Below are positions 50,198-59,031 of a stretch of 64,000 bases of DNA, piece after piece. The stretch covers positions 4,704,001 through 4,768,000 of the forward strand of contig OZ223236.1 of the NCBI GenBank assembly GCA_965140445.1. Direction: 5' to 3'. Position 1 is the first letter of the stretch; every line of letters begins with the position of its first letter. The notes beneath the pieces are model-generated. The model had not been told where the DNA came from and made no database searches. It saw only the letters and a list, made by a program, of their open reading frames with translations. The position numbers and the translations under genes are program-made. This stretch comes from Candidatus Ozemobacteraceae bacterium (GTDB taxonomy: Bacteria > Muiribacteriota > Ozemobacteria > Ozemobacterales > Ozemobacteraceae).

Positions 50198-50231
50198 AAA
50201 AAAGAGCTGTCTCTGATGAGACAGCTCTTTT
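50198..50231 (-). terminator. Rho-independent terminator ending the btaA-like operon
   Basis: Perfect 14-bp stem AAAAGAGCTGTCTC-tgat-GAGACAGCTCTTTT. Confidence 0.85.
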
Positions 50232-50252
50232 AAAAAACTTAAAGATTATAGC

Positions 50253-51359
50253 TTATTTCAGATGATAAACATGAAAGCTTTCATAAATAAAGGCTCTATC
50301 CTGCTTAAACAATTCATCTGAAAGTTCTGGTTCATAAACAAGTTTTGAAGAATTTTCCGCATCAAGTTCGCGAGGACTGGCTAAAGTATATCTCCAGGCC
50401 ATACGAGCACCCGGCCTGGCAAGTTGTAAAACTTCGTCTATAATTCCATTGAAAATTTCATTGGTCATCCATTCAAAGATATTGGACAAATTGAATTTGT
50501 CATAAGAGCCCGGGCCATCCTTCTTGAGAACATCACCAATTGTACCCTTGTAAATCTCCAAGGCTCCAATGTTTTTCTGTAATTTAGGATAGTTTTCACG
50601 AAGCAAGTATGGCGACATCCCTCTTTCATTGTAATGGCCGCCTAAAAGCATAAGGCTCATAAAGTAATTGTCAGGGTTAAAAAATCTGGTCATGCCAAGA
50701 GTTCGTTTTCTATTCAGGTTCCCGGCAAAATCTTCAAAATCAACCATTGCGAAAGAATGGGCGCCTTTTACAAGACTTAAAATAGTGCGATTTAGCAACA
50801 ACCGGTGCAGAGCATTCCATTTTTTCTTTCTAAAATTCTTGTAAACTTCCTGCTGCTCTTCAAGGTTCTTAGCCTGAAACAGTTTAAGGAACTCTTTTTC
50901 GCCATAAAGCCAGGTTAAAACCTTGCGATAAAATGCAAAAAACTTTTCTACTTTGCCGCACATCATCACGCCGTCTTTGATTATCTGTTGATTGTCGTCC
51001 CAGAATTCTTTCGCATAGGCGGGCATGTGCTTTTTGATTTTGTTATACAGTTCAATTCTATATTCAGGAGTCTTGCTGAATGGCTTTTTGTAAAATGGAA
51101 CTCCCAGAACTTCAATAAAGTCATCATATTCCAGTTCCATGATAGCGGCACGTTTTAGGTCTAGCATGGCAAGCTGGGCCGGATTCAAATCTATCGAGAT
51201 AAGCTTCCCCGGATCTTCTAGAAGTAAACAAAGAGAGTTACATCCACCAGATGTGATAGAAAGAACGTTCTCGCCTGGTTTAACTTTTAGAGAAACCCGG
51301 TTTAATTCTGGATCTTCCCATACATTGCTATATACTACTGCCGGTTTCTTACTCATCAA
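50253..51359 (-). CDS. BtaA/DUF3419 family SAM-dependent 3-amino-3-carboxypropyl transferase-like protein
   Basis: VYSNVWEDP, LSITSGGCNSL, DLNPAQL..LDLK, FNLSNIFEWM, PGARMAWR, DRAFIY. Confidence 0.88.
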   Translation of the reverse strand: MMSKKPAVVYSNVWEDPELNRVSLKVKPGENVLSITSGGCNSLCLLLEDPGKLISIDLNPAQLAMLDLKRAAIMELEYDDFIEVLGVPFYKKPFSKTPEYRIELYNKIKKHMPAYAKEFWDDNQQIIKDGVMMCGKVEKFFAFYRKVLTWLYGEKEFLKLFQAKNLEEQQEVYKNFRKKKWNALHRLLLNRTILSLVKGAHSFAMVDFEDFAGNLNRKRTLGMTRFFNPDNYFMSLMLLGGHYNERGMSPYLLRENYPKLQKNIGALEIYKGTIGDVLKKDGPGSYDKFNLSNIFEWMTNEIFNGIIDEVLQLARPGARMAWRYTLASPRELDAENSSKLVYEPELSDELFKQDRAFIYESFHVYHLK

Positions 51360-51405
51360 ATTTCCTCCTGTATGCTTAACAAATCAGATTATACTGATTG
51401 CCGGG

Positions 51406-53763
51406 TTAACCTGTAACCTCTGGTTCTTCGTGATTTTCAATTGATTCGGGCTTTGAAGCTCCCCTACTCTTTGCCAGAGCATCTTTAAACAAGCAGATTA
51501 TAGCTGGCAAAACCGTTACTTCGCAAATTAGTGCAAAGATAATTGTCATAGAAAGCAGAACACCAAAGTAAATAACAGATTTTATACTGGCAAAAATCAT
51601 TACCAGAAACCCAAGTGAATAGATCAAAGAAGTGGAAACTACTGCCGGGCCAGCCTCATTAAGACTGTCAACAATAGCTTCAACCGGGTCCATTTTTGCT
51701 CTGGACGGCTCAAAGAAAAGAAATAGTTCATGAATAGTATCATCAACCACTATGCCCAAAGCAATAGCAGCTATGGTAACCGTTGCAATATCAAGCCTTA
51801 TTCCTACCAGACCCATTATTCCCAGCGTCATGGCAATTGGATAAATATTTGGAATTATAGCCAGCAAAATAGCATCAAGCCTTCTGAACAATATGGCAAT
51901 TGCACCGAAAACAAACAAAATAGCCAATGCAAAACTGGAAATCTGGCTGCTGGTAACATAACTTATAATACGTGCATAAAGAGGGACATAGCCGCCAAAG
52001 CGCCAAGTTACTTTTGTGTCTTTAAAAATTCTGCCCACAACTTCATTAACCTGATTTTCGTAATCTCTTAATCTCGCAGCACTGACCATGGGAACCCTGA
52101 CCGTAAATCTGGCTTCTGTGTAGTCTGGATTATCTGTCATATATTCAAGGTCATTGTCCGGATCAGACTCATAAAGCATAAGCAGCTGACTAACAGCTTC
52201 CCGCGAAGCAGGAACCCTGTAAAATTCTTCAGTCCCATCGCTCATAACCTGATTAAGCTTCTTAAGCACATCCAGAATTGAAGCAGTTTTTTCGAAACCA
52301 TCAAGGGCTTCCAGCTCATTATGCAACTGATTTAAACGGTTGAGAAATTCAGGATCTTTTACACCCTCAGGTTCGCCGGTTAACAGACGAATTTCGAGCG
52401 GAAGATAGTTACCATAAGTGCTTTCAACCTTATCGCTGGCCATTCTTACCGAGTTAGTCTCATGTAAAAAGCCCATTGAATAAGTATCAACCTGTAATTT
52501 TGAAATTCCATAACCAGCAAGACACAAACTTAAAACCAGAAAAACCAGAATAAACCTGTAGTATACCGGCATTTTTTTCATCCACCATGAAACGGCGCCC
52601 TGAAAAGGTCTGCGCATAGCCTGAGTTTTCTCAGGATTAACATATCCCAGAACAAACACAGCAACAATCATAGATAGAATATATTCAGCCATACAAGCAA
52701 ACCCTGCAAAAACCCCAAAGGTTCGCAAAACAGCCAGAGAACTTGCTGTAAGAGCAAAGAAACCACAAGTATTTGTTAAAGAAGTAAACAGGCATGGAGA
52801 AAGAACTTCGTTAAAAACGTATCTAAGCCCTTCTTCACGGTCTTTGGCAATGCGATCGGAATTGTAACAAAAGTTATTGTAAACATAGGCCACATCAGAG
52901 ACCGACAGAATCATCATTAAAGTTGGCAAAACAATCGTAACCATGTTGAAATTCTGCCCAAAAAGGCCATATGCCCCAACAAAGCCAAGACCACCAAACA
53001 TCATCGCGCCGATAACCATTAATAAGAAAGTCCAGGAGCGATATAGAGCAAAGATCAAAATTGCAATTACTGCATAAGCGATAGTATTGAATATAACTCC
53101 ATCTAAAATACTCAAACGATTCAGCTCATCGTACATCACACCCATTCCAGCAAGCTTGTAATCAAAGCCTTTTAGCTGGTCTTTAAAAGCCTGAATAATC
53201 TGAGGCCTGCGCACATCCATGTCATTGGTAGCAACAGGCTCAGCGATAATAATTGCGTGAGTAGAGCTTGCGCTTTGCAAGATTCTTCGCTTAAAAGGAT
53301 CATCCAGAAATCGCTTTTTAATAAGTTCAGCACCCTCATCAGTATCTACAGGGCCGTCCATCAGATCTTCAATAATCAGATCTTCCCCTTTTAATCCGAT
53401 ATAAGGTGATACACCAATACTCAAAACCCTGCGAAAGTTCTTTTCATCCGCTTCTATTGCCTTGGAAGCCTTAAAGATATTGGTCAATACTTTGGGTGAA
53501 AACATCCCATCCTGCCTGCAGTCAACCATTGCCAGCAAAATTTCATCGTTTCCATACTTGGCTTTGAATTCCCGATAAGCAGTAAGAGCCGGGTCCCCTT
53601 CCAGGAACCACAACTCAAGACTGTTATCAATTTTTATCTGGCTGGAAAAAAGTAAACTGCCTAAAACCACGATGGTCATTAAAGCAAAGAGAGCGACCCT
53701 TCGCCTTACCAGAAAGGCTGCTGCTGCTTTAAAGTAACTTTCAGCAAAACGTTTTGAACTCAT
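51406..53763 (-). CDS. MMPL/RND family transporter
   Basis: Two repeats of 1 TM + periplasmic loop + 5 TM; PCLFTSLT, IALGIVVDDTIH, VLPA. Confidence 0.9.
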   Translation of the reverse strand: MSSKRFAESYFKAAAAFLVRRRVALFALMTIVVLGSLLFSSQIKIDNSLELWFLEGDPALTAYREFKAKYGNDEILLAMVDCRQDGMFSPKVLTNIFKASKAIEADEKNFRRVLSIGVSPYIGLKGEDLIIEDLMDGPVDTDEGAELIKKRFLDDPFKRRILQSASSTHAIIIAEPVATNDMDVRRPQIIQAFKDQLKGFDYKLAGMGVMYDELNRLSILDGVIFNTIAYAVIAILIFALYRSWTFLLMVIGAMMFGGLGFVGAYGLFGQNFNMVTIVLPTLMMILSVSDVAYVYNNFCYNSDRIAKDREEGLRYVFNEVLSPCLFTSLTNTCGFFALTASSLAVLRTFGVFAGFACMAEYILSMIVAVFVLGYVNPEKTQAMRRPFQGAVSWWMKKMPVYYRFILVFLVLSLCLAGYGISKLQVDTYSMGFLHETNSVRMASDKVESTYGNYLPLEIRLLTGEPEGVKDPEFLNRLNQLHNELEALDGFEKTASILDVLKKLNQVMSDGTEEFYRVPASREAVSQLLMLYESDPDNDLEYMTDNPDYTEARFTVRVPMVSAARLRDYENQVNEVVGRIFKDTKVTWRFGGYVPLYARIISYVTSSQISSFALAILFVFGAIAILFRRLDAILLAIIPNIYPIAMTLGIMGLVGIRLDIATVTIAAIALGIVVDDTIHELFLFFEPSRAKMDPVEAIVDSLNEAGPAVVSTSLIYSLGFLVMIFASIKSVIYFGVLLSMTIIFALICEVTVLPAIICLFKDALAKSRGASKPESIENHEEPEVTG

Positions 53764-53766
53764 TTT

Positions 53767-56541
53767 TTAGTTGTCTTCCGCCCTTGAAATTATTCTTACA
53801 ATTCCAGTCGTTCCGTCGAGCTCAACCACATCACCGGTTTTTACTTTTTTGGTAACTCCGGTTGCGCCTACAACAGCAGGCAATCCAAGTTCACGGGCAA
53901 CAATAACTGAGTGAGAAAGCATACTTCCACGCTCAATCAGCAGTGCAGATGCCGTGGCAAAAAGTGGAACCCAACCCGGATCTGTTCTGGCTGCAACAAG
54001 GATTTCGCCATTGAGAGACATATCGTCTCCAGGATGAAGGATAACTTTAACTTTACCAGTAATTTTTCCTGAACAACCGCCAATTCCGCGGATTACATCA
54101 GGATCATCGTCTTCGCCACCTTCTGGTAAAACGCCTCTGCTGAGGTCGTTACAGTAGGTGATACCGGTAGTTTCAATTCTGTCTGGAAGCTCTTCCATTT
54201 CTTCATATTCTTTAAACTCAGCACGTCTCAGGGCAGCAAGCTCTCTAAGCTTCTGACTTCTTGCTGTTCCAACAACGTATTCAAGAGATTCCTGCATGGT
54301 GAGATAAAAAACATCTTCCACTTTATCTATGACTTTTCTTTCAACAAATCTTCGGCCGATGCCTTTGAAAATCCTTGAAACAATGCCATACATCTTGGTT
54401 CTGGCAAATCTTTGATACTCGCGCACTGCCATGGCCTTCTTAGTCCAGTTAGCAACAAACATCAAGATATCTATCTTTTTGAGTTTCCAGAGAATTGCCT
54501 GATCACCTAATAAGCCTCTAACCTTACGTTCAGCCATTTCGCGAACCAGACGCTCTTTGTCACCAGCGTCCTGATCCTCATTGATAGGCGCATTAGCATA
54601 GTTTTTAAGCATATCAAACAAGAATTCCGGCTTTTCACTCATTGAAGGTTCTTCAAGCTTAAGCTCGCACATTGCTCTATATCCATATTGATCCAGGTAA
54701 TCCTCGATCTGCTTTGCTAGAGCAACATGACTTGCCGGTTTATCAGAAGTTGGCACTGGAATAAACATTGGCTTTAGTTCTGCAGCAGTGTGATTCTTAA
54801 ACAGAGTTTTTAAATCTTCATCAGAAGCGATTGATTTGGCAATCTTCTGGATAAGGCGCATTGGTAAAGTGCTTTCCACATTACCCTGTCCGGCAAGAAG
54901 GTCATTTTTAAGCGCTGGATCTTCGTTAAGATCCCACTTTTTCATCAGCATATCCAGCACGCCATAAAAAATCATGGCCATGAAATCATTGATAATTGGT
55001 GCTTTCCAATTAGAAAGAACTGTATTATCCAACTCGTTAAATATATCAACGAGCTGATGTGCTGGCGCTGAGTTAAAGTCAAAGTCCTTGTATTTGGCAT
55101 ACATCTTCTGATAAACATTCATAAAGCGTTTAACTTCTGTGTCGGTGCGCCAGAATCTATAAGCCAGGTTAAGCCCTACCAGTCCTACTCTTGGAAGTTC
55201 ATAAAAGTATCTCTGGAAGAAACCCATCTTTTTATCTTCAACGGATTCGTCAAAACTAACTTTGACGCCCATCATGCCTTCCATGAACTTACTGTTATAT
55301 TTGTAGCCAGGAAGAACTGAAATAAGCTTATACCAGTTCTTAAGATTGTAATAAATTCTGCCGTTCAGGAACCCAAGCATATTTGCAAAAGCAAAGTCGT
55401 TCTTTTTGATATCTTCTTCGGCAACCATCAGAACCTGACAAAATTGCACATAAACTCTGTGGTAAGCATATATTGCGAATGAGAAAGTTAATGGAGTGGT
55501 AACTCCTGAGTAGCTTTCAACGATGTTTGAGTTGTCCCAGATGGTTCGGTATTTTCTTTCAGAAGGAATTGGCTGATCGATGGTTGTAATCGGTCTTGCC
55601 TGCAAAATCTTTACGTTGCCTTTTTTATCTATTGTCCACTCAATATCTTGTGGAACTCCATGATAAGAACCTTCGATTCTATGACATACAGTTGCAACTG
55701 CTCTAATCTGACTATCAGTCAGACTGGATTTTTTGGCGGTCTTTTCATCAACTTCAACCGTTTTGGTGCCGAAATTCTTTTCCAGGTCGAAAACAAGTTT
55801 TTCAACTTTGTTGGCAAGCTTCTTTTCAATAACCTTGTATCCATCATTCTTAAGAGCTAAGTATAGATCCGAGTCCAGTTCGCCGGAAACAAGGCCCTCA
55901 CCAAGACCAAACACCGATGTAATAAGCATTTCATCCTGATAACAAGTAGTTGGGTTAACGGTAAAAGTAACCCCGGAGGCTTCCCCGTCAATCATTTCCT
56001 GAACTACAACCGCCATTGAAACATCGTCTTGAGCAATGTTTCGCATATTTCTATAGGCAACCGCTCTATCAGAGAAAATAGATGCCCAACAGTTTACAAC
56101 GCCATCACAAATTTCATCTTCGGTTCGTCTGAATAAAAAGGTATCTAACATTCCGGCATATGAGAATTCTTTGGAGTCTTCACCAAGAGCACTTGATCTT
56201 ACCGCTACAAAACTATCCTTCTCAATGCGTCCGTTTAGTTCTTCAAACATCTGTTTTTTAACAACTTTAGGCATTTTCTTGGAACAGATAACGCTTCTTA
56301 AATTAGCAGCTGTTTTACTTATTGAATCAACACTAGAACAATCCAAAGCCTTCAAAGCTTTATCAAATTCTTTTCTAAAAGAATCGATAAAAAGTTCAAA
56401 ACAATGACTGGAGAGCACAACGAAGTCGGGAACATTCGCCCCAGCCTGAACAAGCTTGATGAGATTTCCACCCTTGCCACCTACGATAGGCAGGACTTTT
56501 TTCAAATTGTTTTCATCAGAAGTAATTACGTAATTCGTCAT
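53767..56541 (-). CDS. PEP-synthase/rifampicin-phosphotransferase-like dikinase (ATP-grasp + central + phospho-His domain)
   Basis: VGGKG, AVRSSALGED..SYAG, QDIEW, LQARPIT; C-terminal TDPGWVPLF..GSMLSHSVIVARELGLP. Confidence 0.9.
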   Translation of the reverse strand: MTNYVITSDENNLKKVLPIVGGKGGNLIKLVQAGANVPDFVVLSSHCFELFIDSFRKEFDKALKALDCSSVDSISKTAANLRSVICSKKMPKVVKKQMFEELNGRIEKDSFVAVRSSALGEDSKEFSYAGMLDTFLFRRTEDEICDGVVNCWASIFSDRAVAYRNMRNIAQDDVSMAVVVQEMIDGEASGVTFTVNPTTCYQDEMLITSVFGLGEGLVSGELDSDLYLALKNDGYKVIEKKLANKVEKLVFDLEKNFGTKTVEVDEKTAKKSSLTDSQIRAVATVCHRIEGSYHGVPQDIEWTIDKKGNVKILQARPITTIDQPIPSERKYRTIWDNSNIVESYSGVTTPLTFSFAIYAYHRVYVQFCQVLMVAEEDIKKNDFAFANMLGFLNGRIYYNLKNWYKLISVLPGYKYNSKFMEGMMGVKVSFDESVEDKKMGFFQRYFYELPRVGLVGLNLAYRFWRTDTEVKRFMNVYQKMYAKYKDFDFNSAPAHQLVDIFNELDNTVLSNWKAPIINDFMAMIFYGVLDMLMKKWDLNEDPALKNDLLAGQGNVESTLPMRLIQKIAKSIASDEDLKTLFKNHTAAELKPMFIPVPTSDKPASHVALAKQIEDYLDQYGYRAMCELKLEEPSMSEKPEFLFDMLKNYANAPINEDQDAGDKERLVREMAERKVRGLLGDQAILWKLKKIDILMFVANWTKKAMAVREYQRFARTKMYGIVSRIFKGIGRRFVERKVIDKVEDVFYLTMQESLEYVVGTARSQKLRELAALRRAEFKEYEEMEELPDRIETTGITYCNDLSRGVLPEGGEDDDPDVIRGIGGCSGKITGKVKVILHPGDDMSLNGEILVAARTDPGWVPLFATASALLIERGSMLSHSVIVARELGLPAVVGATGVTKKVKTGDVVELDGTTGIVRIISRAEDN

Positions 56542-56544
56542 AAT

Positions 56545-57870
56545 TTATAACCTTTCATCATGTTCAGATGTTTCAGATTTACCATTCTCATTTTTCGTAG
56601 CGACTTCTTCGATAACTTCTTCAATTGCTATAGTTTCGCTATAAGGTAAAACAAGATTTAAAAACACACCAATCAACCCAGCCAGGCCAATCCCAGCAAG
56701 TTTAAACTGCCCGAAACCAAGTTCCATATCGCCAATTCCAGCAACCAGAACAACAGCAGTGATAACAAGATTTCGGGAAATAGAGAGATCAACTTTATTC
56801 TTAACCAGAGTCTGAATTCCAATAGAAGCAATCATTCCAAAGAGTAAAATCATTATCCCGCCCATTACCGGCACTGGAATTGTCTGCAAAATCGCGCCAA
56901 ATTTTCCCAGAAACGCCAGAAAAATAGCAAAAACAGCAGCAATACGAAGCAATAGAGGGTCTGGTTTCTTTAAAAGAGCTATAGCACCAGTGACTTCAGA
57001 ATATGTTGTATTTGGAGGACCACCAAGAAATGCCGCAAAAGCTGTAGCAATACCGTCGCCAGCTAATGTTCTATGCAAACCAGGGTCTTTTAAGAAATCT
57101 TTTTTCGCCACAGATGAAATAGTAATAACGTCTCCCACATGCTCTATTGCTGGAGCAATAGCCACTGGCAAAATAAAAGCAATAGCGCCCCAATCAAAAA
57201 CCGGGAAACAATAACGCCCACATTTCATCGCAGCAGTCCATGGCACTGAAAACCATTGAGCTTCAAAAACCGGCTGCATGTTTACTTTTCCAAGGAGGAT
57301 ACTGGTAAGATAGCCGACAATAATTCCCGAAAGGATTGGAATAAGCCCTAGCATTCCGCGCCCTTTCATTACCACAGTAATAACGGTAACCAAAGAAACT
57401 GCAGCAATAATCATTGCCGTTCCATCAAAATTTCCCGAGCCATCGAAACTTCTAGCCATTTTAACAGCTACTGGTGCTAGTTTTAATCCGATTACCATAA
57501 TAATTGGGCCGGTTACAACTGGTGGAAGATATTTGTGAATTATTTCCGGACCTTTAATTTTAATAACTAAAGCCATGACAAGATAAACCAGACCTGCTGC
57601 TACCAAGCCTCCGAGCGTTGCGCCAAGCCCATATTCGACAATCCCAACTTTAATGGGAGCAATAAATGCAAAACTGGACGCAAGAAAGACTGGAACAGAG
57701 CCTTTAGTCACAAGATGAAAAATCAAAGTTCCAGCACCAGCTGTAAATAAAGCAATAGATGGATCAAGTCCTGTAAGCAGAGGAACAAGCACTAAAGCCC
57801 CAAATGCTACGAAAAGCATCTGCATTCCTAAAACAATATTCTGCCCTGTTCCTAGTTTTTCATTATTCAT
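56545..57870 (-). CDS. uraA: uracil/xanthine permease (NCS2)
   Basis: GMQMLFVAFGALVLVP, LASSFAFI, IEHVGD, GGPPNTTYSEVTG. Confidence 0.92.
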   Translation of the reverse strand: MNNEKLGTGQNIVLGMQMLFVAFGALVLVPLLTGLDPSIALFTAGAGTLIFHLVTKGSVPVFLASSFAFIAPIKVGIVEYGLGATLGGLVAAGLVYLVMALVIKIKGPEIIHKYLPPVVTGPIIMVIGLKLAPVAVKMARSFDGSGNFDGTAMIIAAVSLVTVITVVMKGRGMLGLIPILSGIIVGYLTSILLGKVNMQPVFEAQWFSVPWTAAMKCGRYCFPVFDWGAIAFILPVAIAPAIEHVGDVITISSVAKKDFLKDPGLHRTLAGDGIATAFAAFLGGPPNTTYSEVTGAIALLKKPDPLLLRIAAVFAIFLAFLGKFGAILQTIPVPVMGGIMILLFGMIASIGIQTLVKNKVDLSISRNLVITAVVLVAGIGDMELGFGQFKLAGIGLAGLIGVFLNLVLPYSETIAIEEVIEEVATKNENGKSETSEHDERL

Positions 57871-57904
57871 ATAGAGCCTCGGTTAGATCCCAAGCAAAGC
57901 ATAT

Positions 57905-58840
57905 TTACTTGAAACCATACATATAAGCGGCAATAGCAACGGCCGCCGGATATGCCAGCAAATAAAAAGTCACTGTTCCGCGATAAAGCTTGGCCATCTT
58001 TAGCTGAGGTTTTGCAGCATAAACAATCCCAGAAATAGCAACTAAAGCTGAAATTATGCCAGCGGGAAGAAGAATTTTATTTAAAACAAGATCAAACTTC
58101 ATTGCGCTGCTGTAATATAAACATACGAAAGCCCCAATAACATTAACCATCAACAGAGCGACTGCTCCAGAAGGCTTAAGTCTTTCTGAGTATGAATCTA
58201 CTCCAGGTCGTTCTTCTTCTACAGCAAAGGTTTTTCGTCCAAATTCAAATACATTAAAAACAAACCAGTTTCCAAGGGCGAAGATCAAGAAAGCCTTATC
58301 AGCCCCAGCTGGATCAGAAAAGCATACAACATTATGTATAAGTAATCCTATCATTGCAGCAGAGAAGGTATGAGTTATTGCATAAAGTTCTAGTTTTGGG
58401 CGCATCCAGTCGCCGATAAAAAATTCCATGCGCATCATAAGGGTAAAACACAATACCATTACAAAAGTCGGAAACATAGGCCATGACATTAAACCAGCAA
58501 TTGTACCCTCTGCCAGAATACAAACCAGCGTCATAGCTGAAAATTCACCAACAGAAATCAGCCCCCTAGCGAGCGGTCTTCCAGGATTATGCTCTTTGTC
58601 AAAATCATAATCTTTAACTTCGTCAAACAGCCGCATATGCAAAAAGACCAGCCAAACCAATGCAAAACCTGCGGCCAGTCTTTTCCAACATGGTGGAGCA
58701 TGAACTCCGGGCTGATAAGCCATAAATGCGTTTGCGGAGAAAAACGCACTAATCATCAGGGTAATACTTATTGGCTCATGCCTTTCTTTAAAAAACTGCA
58801 ACCATCGTCCCAAAAATGCCATAATTCCCAAGCTCCCCAA
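57905..58840 (-). CDS. UbiA prenyltransferase-like membrane protein
   Basis: RLFDEVKDYDFD..NPGRPLARGLIS Asp-rich motif; about 8-9 TM; EFGRK..E..GVDSYS. Confidence 0.8.
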   Translation of the reverse strand: MGSLGIMAFLGRWLQFFKERHEPISITLMISAFFSANAFMAYQPGVHAPPCWKRLAAGFALVWLVFLHMRLFDEVKDYDFDKEHNPGRPLARGLISVGEFSAMTLVCILAEGTIAGLMSWPMFPTFVMVLCFTLMMRMEFFIGDWMRPKLELYAITHTFSAAMIGLLIHNVVCFSDPAGADKAFLIFALGNWFVFNVFEFGRKTFAVEEERPGVDSYSERLKPSGAVALLMVNVIGAFVCLYYSSAMKFDLVLNKILLPAGIISALVAISGIVYAAKPQLKMAKLYRGTVTFYLLAYPAAVAIAAYMYGFK

Positions 58841-59031
58841 AATATCTGCTCAAATTAAACTCAAAAACAAGCTTACCATGCAGAAATTTAAGTGACAATA
58901 GTTATAAATCCACCGGGAGCAGGATAAATAAAATTTCTCAATTAAACTCTTTTTACTATCGTCAAAGAAATGGTAAAATCAAATGTTACTACTTAAGTGG
59001 CAGTTTAATTTAAATTTCTGGAGACTCAAAA

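Noticed and set aside
53767..56541. Annotation as ppsA or as a rifampicin resistance gene
   Set aside because: It lacks the PEP-binding barrel of PpsA, and its context is biosynthetic. Rifampicin activity cannot be inferred from domain order alone.
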